Notes under the pieces: model-generated
What the model was told of the DNA's origin: nothing
The model's database searches: none
Seen by the model: the letters and a program-made list of their open reading frames with translations, nothing else
In this document: in pieces, positions 37,001 to 64,000 of the stretch
How the letters are laid out: every line of letters starts with the position of its first letter
How positions within the stretch are numbered: position 1 is the stretch's first letter
Source: Paragordius varius
Taxonomy: Eukaryota; Animalia; Nematomorpha
Assembly (NCBI GenBank): GCA_964247055.1
Contig: OZ176051.1
Span: 4,898,001-4,962,000, forward strand
Direction of reading: 5' to 3'
DNA: 64,000 bases
Program-made: the position numbers and the translations under genes

Positions 37001-39827
37001 TATGTTAATACATTAATAATTTGTTGTTTAATTATTAAATAACCCATTTTGTTTAGTTTTATTTTAAAAGTATTCATTATATTATAAAAAATTTTCACTT
37101 AAAATGTTAAAAAACTTATTCAACACGCCTAATAACAAAAAGTTGAAAATATTTTTATATAAATTTTACCCATATTTTTTATTACAATTATGTTATAAAA
37201 ATTTGCTACACAAAACACCCCGCTTTTTCCTACCAGGTTGTATCGAAAATAATGTTATCTTACAATTATTATTGTAGGTTTTACATTTTTTACACTCTAT
37301 TGTATATGTTGAATAGATAAATGGCGTATTTAGGGCTAGGATTTTAGATACTTAAGAAACAATTGGTGCCCGACTGCTTATGATCTTTAACCTTTTCTGT
37401 TTGTTTTTTACATTTACTTTTGGTGTGTAAAAATTATAAGATTAACAAATATGATTTACTTAATTATTGCAATCATAATTTAGCTAAAATAATAGGAATT
37501 TGGTGTGAATTTTCCATTACTACTAATCTTTTTGTCAAACATAAAAAATAAAATTAAAATATAAACTAATAAAAGCTCTCTACATCAATACTTTATGTCG
37601 CTTTATACTAATTTTTTAGTGGTCCAAGCAGCGCAACTTTACATTATGGATCATCCGCTCAAGATGGGAATTGGAGACAATTACGTACCGGAGATCTTTT
37701 TTTAACGGACATGGGTGCTTCCTATTATGGTTATGCCAGTGATATAACCATAACATGTCCAGTTCCTTCTCAAAATGCTAGAACGGCGGGACAAGTCAAA
37801 TATTTTGAGGGTCCTTTTACTTTTTTTATTCAAGTTATTTAGTTATATCCATAAAAATGTAATCATGAATTTTGTGTATCCTGCCATATCACCCATAAAT
37901 TTATGTAATTTTCCCATGTAGTTTGAGGACATTAAAATATTGGGGGGGGGGCTCCATTTATAAATAGTAAGATGCTAAACTTTTGCAAATAACTTTTTAA
38001 CAAAAAGTTGTCTCAATTTTTTATTAGGCAAAAATATAAAGTTTTAATTTATTATTATATAACTTATGTGAGATTAAGTGGGATTGAATCATTGCTATAT
38101 TTGTAATAGTTTAAGCTCTTAATTACGTTTTAGGTTTTATTTATTTGATATTATTATAATCTACACGTATAAAATTTTGACAAAAAATATATACAATTCA
38201 TTAATTTACATTGGAGACTATTTTGACTTACGATCAAATTTTATAAAACAAATTATGACAAATTTAAACATAGGCAAATCAGCCGAAATGGCACAAAAAG
38301 GTATTCAAATATACAATGCTGTATTGGAAGCAAATCGAAATGTTTTGAAGGCAGCCAAACCTGGTATATTTTGATATATATATTTATGTAAATTACTTAT
38401 AATATTAAAATGTCAAATTTTGTTATTTTTATATTAATAAATAATAATTATAACCAAAAATAAATATTAACCTACGCATCTAAATTATTACTTCAATTAT
38501 AAAGAAATTATAAAACTTACATCCATATTTTTTCACAAATAATTAGGTGTATCCTGGCTCGATATGCATTTATTGGCTGAACGCACTATTTTAAAGACGC
38601 TCCTTGAGTTGGGATTTCTCAAGGGTGGTAACATTGATGAATTGCTACAAAATCGTGTAGGAGCTATATTTATGCCACACGGGGTCGGGCACTTTTTAGG
38701 ACTTGATGTACATGATGTGGGTGGATACCCAAAGGTAAACTCATATTTTAATGTTTAATAAAAATATCTTTTGTTTTTTAAGATTATTATGTCTAAAATA
38801 AATTGAATTTACTAAATATTGCCGTTTATAAAAGAAATTAATTGCCTACTCGTATGATCTATAAAATAAGGTAAAATGTTCCCCAAAAACATTTGATTCG
38901 CATCGTGTTTTATGAGAAATGTAAATTATATCAATTTACACAATCAACAAACTCATATCAATTTTAGACTGTAGATGTTAATTTTTTTTTCAAATTTGGT
39001 TTTGTGCAAAACATAAAATCATATTTTGTCCAAATATTTTTTAGGGTGAACTCAAATCAGTAGAACCTGGATTAAAATCCCTGCGAACAAAACGAACGTT
39101 GAGGGAAGGCATGGTTTTAACCATTGAACCAGGATGTTATTTTATTCCCTCGGTATGTCATATATTTTAAGCCTATTATAGTTAATTAAACGAGCACTCA
39201 AAGACTCTCGATGGGCACCTTTCTTAGTACAAACGAAGTTGGAAGAGATGTTTGATTTTGGTGGGGTATGATTTTTTTTATGTAAATGCTTTATTTAACA
39301 CAATATTGTAATGGTCTATAATAGTTTGACAGTCTTGTCCTATTTTAAAAATCTCATGATAGGTGATTTTAGGTGCGTCTTGTCGATTGTAGTGTAAAAT
39401 GGTTTTTTTATATGAGAAATTTTTTTTGCTAACTTTGAAACATCCATATAAACAAAAATATCGCTGTTTATCTTAATATAGTAATTGTATCAATACAAAT
39501 TATTGTTAATTATATTTTAATAATTACGTTTATGTAAAAATTGCTTAATTTTACATAACTTATAATAAATACCAATATTTCAAAGGATATAAGCCTATTT
39601 AGTCAATTTTTTATTATTTAAGCCATCCAGTAATACTATATATTTATTTCAAAACATTGTTTTGCGTTTTTTAGGTAAGGATAGAGGATGAAATTTACAT
39701 TGGGAAAGATGGGGCCGAACTATTAACAGATTATTTGCCACGTACCATTGCAGATATTGAGAATTTTATGTCACAATATAACATACAAGATAACAATGAT
39801 AAAAATGTACTGAAGAATGGGCATTAA
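34030..39827 (+). CDS. PEPD: Xaa-Pro dipeptidase (prolidase, M24B), 13 exons: 34030-34209, 34239-34430, 34454-34501, 35204-35265, 35298-35342, 35952-36074, 36318-36386, 37620-37810, 38274-38363, 38547-38734, 39045-39152, 39182-39265, 39675-39827
   Basis: Motifs [31 protein letters not shown]...[38 protein letters not shown] and GGVRIED, with all five metal-ligand positions present. GT-AG splicing is in frame. Confidence 0.93.
34616..34884. mobile_element. hAT (Charlie-like) MITE remnant; similar ends at ~30748-30929, ~31148-31364 and ~50857-51075
   Basis: CA(A/G)GG/CAGTG starts, GGGCCGC subterminal motifs and an ACCCCTG-type end. No clean 8-bp TSD was found. Confidence 0.4.
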
Positions 39828-40313
39828 AAATTATTTGATTAGACAATTTTTGTTATGAAACAAACATTTTTATTTTATTCACTTTATTATTTAAATATAT
39901 ATTATTTACGGGTTTAATAATGATGAGAAATCAATAAATGTTATTATATAAACATTGAATGCTTAAACAATTTATTGGTCGTTTTGGCTTGTTAAAATAA
40001 AAACTGACCGCTTATTTTGCATTCATTTATTTTCTACAATTGTGAATATATTTTGTTGGTGTAACTAAATTAAACAAATATTGATCAAAAGTAACTCTAA
40101 TTTCATATATAAAAGAATTTATCATCCCTACAATAGTTTATCACGTGAACATAAAATTTATTTAACTCGTTTTTAAAAGGTATAACGGTCATGAATGCAC
40201 ATATAACCCTGTAGATTTAATCATACATTTATTGAGGGGATTCATGAAAAATATCAATTTATTGTATGATTAGAATAGTATCGATACATAAAAGTTAACA
40301 ATATTTAATAGTT

Positions 40314-43038
40314 TTAAAATATTAAAGAGGGAATATGAAATTTTTGAAGCCGTCGTACCAAATCCATAATGATGGTATTTTGTTCTTTAACCATACTTTT
40401 AAGGTGTGAAATATGGTTTTCTTCAATTTTTCTTTGTTTTTCATTGTAGTTTTTATCAGTGTTACTGGAACTATTTAACTGTTTTAATGTTTCTTCTTCT
40501 TTCAATTTAAATTTGGTTACTGATTGCTCTGTCAAATCGCTTTCAAGGACTAGAGTTTCTAAGCGATACTCCAAATTTTGAATGTCATTTAGACTGGGTG
40601 TCAGATATTTGGCAAGCTTATTTGTTAGGTCCATGAGTGCAGTTTTAACATAATTCATTTCGGAAGGGTCAGAGGTTAACGTTCCAATTCTGGCTAGAAA
40701 ATAAGATTCATTTCGATTTAAAGCGCTAACACGCTGTTTTAACCCATACAATCGATCCATCATTTGATTTATTTTGCCTTGTGATTTTTCTAAACGAATT
40801 AGTAAAGCGTCCATGTCCACTTTGAGTGCGCTTTGTTCAATTGTTTGAGAATCATGTAATTGAGTAAGTCTCTAATAAAATAGGTTCATAGCATGATATA
40901 TCAAAGACGAAATGTAAACCACAACTTCACAGTGAAACATTAATAAAAGATTGTAAGGATAGCAAAATTTATTAAGCATGATTAGGGTATGTCCTTTCAT
41001 TTTTCTAGTAAAACAAAAAACATTAATATATTAGAAATTTAATATTACCTTTTCAATCAGTCCACAATCGTTTAAGAAATCATTGTATTGTTTCAAAGTT
41101 GTGGATAGCATATTTCGGTTTTTGGGCGAATATTCAAAAGTTGTTTTAGGATTAGTGTGATGAGGATCAGAAGAAGTTGTACCAGGAAGTATATTATAAT
41201 TTGTAATGATAAAAGGTAACCGACAGGTATGCAAGAGTGTATTATCGGGGAAATTAAGACTTTGAAAGTTAGTTTCGCCCAAAGCTTTTAACAAATGTAT
41301 TGGATTTTGACCATTTTTCGTCATATCCCGGGAGTTAAGTATGTTCATGATTATGTCAGTGTTTAAATATGTTGGGGTATTGATTAACGAATACTTTGAA
41401 CCATAATTTAATAAATCGTTTATGGTGAAAGTGAAGGACCGTACAAGATTATGTCTGTCCACATCAAAATTATCCCTGGGTGACAGGGATACCTGTAAAT
41501 CATACAAAAAGTTTTCTTCATCCTTTTTTGTATCTAATACAAAACAATCGATGGTAAAAGGTTGAGATTGCTGGTCAAACTTATCTTTTTCACATTCAAT
41601 GAGTGGAATAATAGTTGAGTTTTTAGGTACAGAATCTAGAATTTCCGAAATATTTGGATCAATTTCATCTTGAGACACTATGGTATCATGATTCAAACCA
41701 AAGTAGTCAAAAATATTGGTGAAAGCGTGGACCTAAATTATATATATAAAAATGGAAATAATATCTTGTAAATAATAATAGAGGTTTTTTAAGCGTTTTA
41801 TTTCAATATAGAGTTAAAGATAATCAGCTGTTTAATGTATAGTTTTTGTATACATTTTTTTTATATGGCGTTTCAAATTTTATTTTAAGAACCATAATTT
41901 TTTAAAGATAATTAGGCTTACAACATTGCATAGCAAAAAAATGCTATGACAAATTATAAAATAATGGCTTTATGAGAACAATATAATTGTAAAATAAATT
42001 GATTCCAAAATTATTGGAGTTTTAAATAGGAAAATTTGTAAAATAATTTTGGAGTGGTATAACATTAATAGTGTTTACCCAGTTGAAGAAGACAAACTGT
42101 AATTTGTCGTGTAACTTTATAATATATCCTGGCAAATTTGATTTGGTTGAACATAGTCTGAAGGAAATATTAGACAATTTACAGTTTATTCTTTCAATTT
42201 CAAATGCTGAGTAGGTCGGTTTTATGGCATCAAGAATTAAGGTGGATTTTAAGAGATAATGATATATGATACAATCCCGGTAAATAATGTTTTGATCACA
42301 GGAATCAGACGACTGCAATATGGCTAAAATGGTAATTTTTGATCCGAAAAGGGATAATGCTATTATGCTTTTATATTCACCCGTGGTTTCTGGTTCTTCA
42401 AAACTTTGTTCAGATTTACCCACGATTGCGAATTGATGATAAATGCTTGACGATAATGAGATATCAGATTTTAGCGGAGTTTCAACACTCAGAGATATAA
42501 TTGTACCAATCGAATTCAAAAAGTAGAAAGTGATTTTACCATCATCATCTATGTGGCAAAAATCTGTATAATCCTCCCCAAGAGCATGTGATATATCGTA
42601 TTCAATGCGGAGTTTGTTGTAATTTACAAGATTAATCTCGCTTTCTCTCATTTGGGCAAGATTAAAGAATGCAATATTCAAATTGGTTATAGGATTCCAA
42701 ACGCCAAATTTATTGTGTTTGCATAATATAGCAATATAAATTCTTTGATTTAGTAGAAATAATTTGGATACAATAACACGTTGATTGATTAAATTTACTC
42801 GATTACATTTGACAGCGGTATCAGTGTTTAAATTGAATACACCAAAAAATAGATCGGGTTTGCTTTGAAATACTATATAAACTTTGGAGTTGGAAGATAT
42901 GGCATTTATTTTATATATTTTTTCAGTAATAAATTTGACCTGTAGAGTGCATTGAATAATCCCGTTTCTCCATATTTGCAAAGATTTTTGATCATTTTCA
43001 AAATTATAGCAATAATTGGAATCGGAATAAAAAGGCAT
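40314..43038 (-). CDS. NUP88: Nucleoporin Nup88-like protein, ~733 aa, 3 exons: 43038-42079, 41732-41049, 40871-40314
   Basis: Three long minus-strand ORFs join in frame through phase-0 GT-AG introns. The protein has a beta-propeller-like N-terminus and a C-terminal coiled coil ending HLKSMVKEQNTIIMDLVRRLQKF, similar to the Nup88 C-terminus as recalled. FNWVHAF resembles LTWIHKL. The length is close to human Nup88. The sequence is highly divergent, so the name is moderate confidence. Confidence 0.65.
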
Positions 43039-44465
43039 GTTTTATTGGCCTTATGTTTCACTCTAACTACGTTAACTCATATGTTTTAATTTTATGCACA
43101 TTTGCGTCAAAATATTTTTTCAACTTCAGATATAATTTATGTATAAAAATTAGCGTTATAATATTGTATAAAAAAACTAAAAATGTCCCAACTTTTAACT
43201 ATGTGACTAAGATTCGCAGAAATGTATACAAATACATAATAAGGATGCACTTAAATTGTATTCACTTTAATTTTATTATCATTAAAAATTTAATACCCCC
43301 TTCATGATAAGTTTTTTTATTGAGAGTTGGTTGTACATACAATGTACATAATTACGTTATATACATATATACATTTTCATTTATGATGATAATAATAATG
43401 ATAGAATAAGCAACAAAAATGATAATTTATAAATTTATCGATATTTTTTACTTTTTTTTGATACCAAAACACTACTACTTACCATAGGATGAATGTGTAA
43501 TCTTTCTCTCAACTCCATTTCGCCTCTAATTTTTCTATCTATATATATTTAATGTTATACATAATACACATTGGTAGAATATTTAAATATGTCTGTTTTA
43601 ACAAATTTTTATTTCTTTTTTCTTGTTTGTAAAACACACAACACACACAAAGAGCGTTTAATCATACCATTTAAAACATATGTATGATAAAAATCGTTAA
43701 ATATGGCTAATTCAAATATCCTTTATTATTTACCTGTATAAAAATTGGATCCAAACTTCAAATTTTTATTTTGCAATGAAACATCCTGAACGCAATATTC
43801 AAGTTCAATGTGCTTTTATAATAATCTAACATAACTATATCAGCTGGAATTTTTGTTGGTAAACAATGTTTATTCTGTTTACAAACAAGTAAACCCATAT
43901 ATATATATATATATATATAATATATTTTATGTAAACTTTTTATCGTAAATATTTACTAAAAATTATTAGCTGTATATTGTTTCCTGGATATTTTTAATAA
44001 ATTTTTAATTTTTTTTGGTAACTATCGAATTGAAAGATATGATTTTAGATTGGTATAATAAAACTTTGTAGAGTAGGCTTCACAAAATAAACAATAAAAT
44101 TTACATTATATATTTATACAGACTAACAAGATAGATAGATAATATTATAGCAAATACACTTAGATAAAACATCTTTCTTCTAATACAATGTTTGCTTGTG
44201 CTGTTTTAATGTATTAAAGTAAAATTTATTGTTATTATAGCTTCAAAGTAAAATCGCATACAATATACATATATTTTTTTTAAAAAAACTCTCCCCTTAT
44301 AAAATTATCATTTACATCAATGTGGAGGAGTTGTCTAAACTTTAGTAGAAATGTTTAAATTAGAGCGAACGATCCTAAATTTAAACATCGCTAATTGTAT
44401 AAAATCATATAAAGCAAAGGTAAAAGTTGCAATAAAATATAATCGATTTGTTTTCATAATGTATA

Positions 44466-44627
44466 CAGTGGCGTATGCAGTAAAAGATTGTTAGTGCAAA
44501 ATAATCTTAATGAACACAAAACAGGGGGACATTTTTCATATATTAAAGTCCTATTTATAAACATATCCATAATATCCCCCTTTTAAGATTATTTTGCACT
44601 AACAATCTTTTACTGCATACGCTACTG
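44466..44627. mobile_element. Hairpin MITE with TA TSD (Tc1/mariner-type)
   Basis: ~45-bp near-perfect terminal inverted repeats CAGTGGCGTATGCAGTAAAAGATTGTTAGTGCAAAATAATCTTAA, with TA on both sides. Confidence 0.8.
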
Positions 44628-45312
44628 TATATGTATGTGTTTTGTGTTTGCTTATTTAAAGCCACGCATATCATATCTCTAAATATGTTATATATATCAT
44701 ATACATTATATAAAAAGCACAATTAAGGTTATTCAGCTTTAAATTTATACATAATAATATAATTTTTGTTTATACACAGTTTTAATTATAATTCGTGCAT
44801 ATTGTAACATTCATTTTGCCTTTTTAAAATAATTTTCCGATAAAAATATTTTTTCTTTCAAAAAAGGTGTTCACATATTTTTGCTATTTCCAATTCATAA
44901 ACTTTTCAAGTCTTATCTTTGTATAAGAAATTATTTTTTACGTTCGCATCTAACTTTTTCTTAACAGCTTGAAATCATTACATACAATTTAAAATATATC
45001 ATATAACAACGGTAATTGTAATAAAATTTGAATAATACTGCAATAATATTTTTATTTGTTCTGTTGTTATATCTTGTTTGTGATAGAATGCACAAGTTTA
45101 ACCTTTAGGTATCCAAAGTAAATGGTACAATTTTTTTAGCATATTTAATAACCGTACATAATATAAATGCTAACTCTATCATTTTTCTTTTGTTGGATAG
45201 CATACTACACACACATATAATACCACAAGATTTATCCGCTTTCTTCCTATGAATGAATTAACGTTTCAAGCCACGTGAGATTCAGCAGTTTTACCCAATA
45301 CAGCCCATCCAT

Positions 45313-64000
<18,688 letters not shown>

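Noticed and set aside
39153-39171. Candidate 19-nt intron in PEPD
   Set aside because: Using AG 39170-71 gives an in-frame stop within six codons. The acceptor at 39180-81 (29 nt) restores the conserved sequence.

Overview
Very AT-rich eukaryotic genomic DNA, most likely from an animal; the species cannot be determined from this window. I rebuilt six intron-containing host genes by hand, each reading in frame with the standard code: HNRNPK (+, 3827-7701), MED30 (+, 19125-19594; only partly visible in the ORF track), a DDC-family PLP decarboxylase (+, 26368-33180), prolidase PEPD (+, 34030-39827), NUP88 (-, 43038-40314) and a CHD7/kismet-type remodeller (+, 45313 to beyond 64000). Intron sizes are bimodal: at least 12 introns are 23-32 nt, while the rest run from 76 nt to about 4.5 kb and often carry transposon debris. 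Mobile DNA includes a TTAA-flanked piggyBac-like MITE family that recurs as inverted pairs and two non-autonomous Helitrons with different internal tandem arrays. There is also a PIF/Harbinger-like element with ~660-bp inverted arms around a Myb/SANT-like gene, several TA-flanked MITEs, and a degenerate hammerhead-ribozyme-like motif. I recognised no rRNA, tRNA or CRISPR array. Exon boundaries come from manual reading and family names from recalled motifs; no database search was run.
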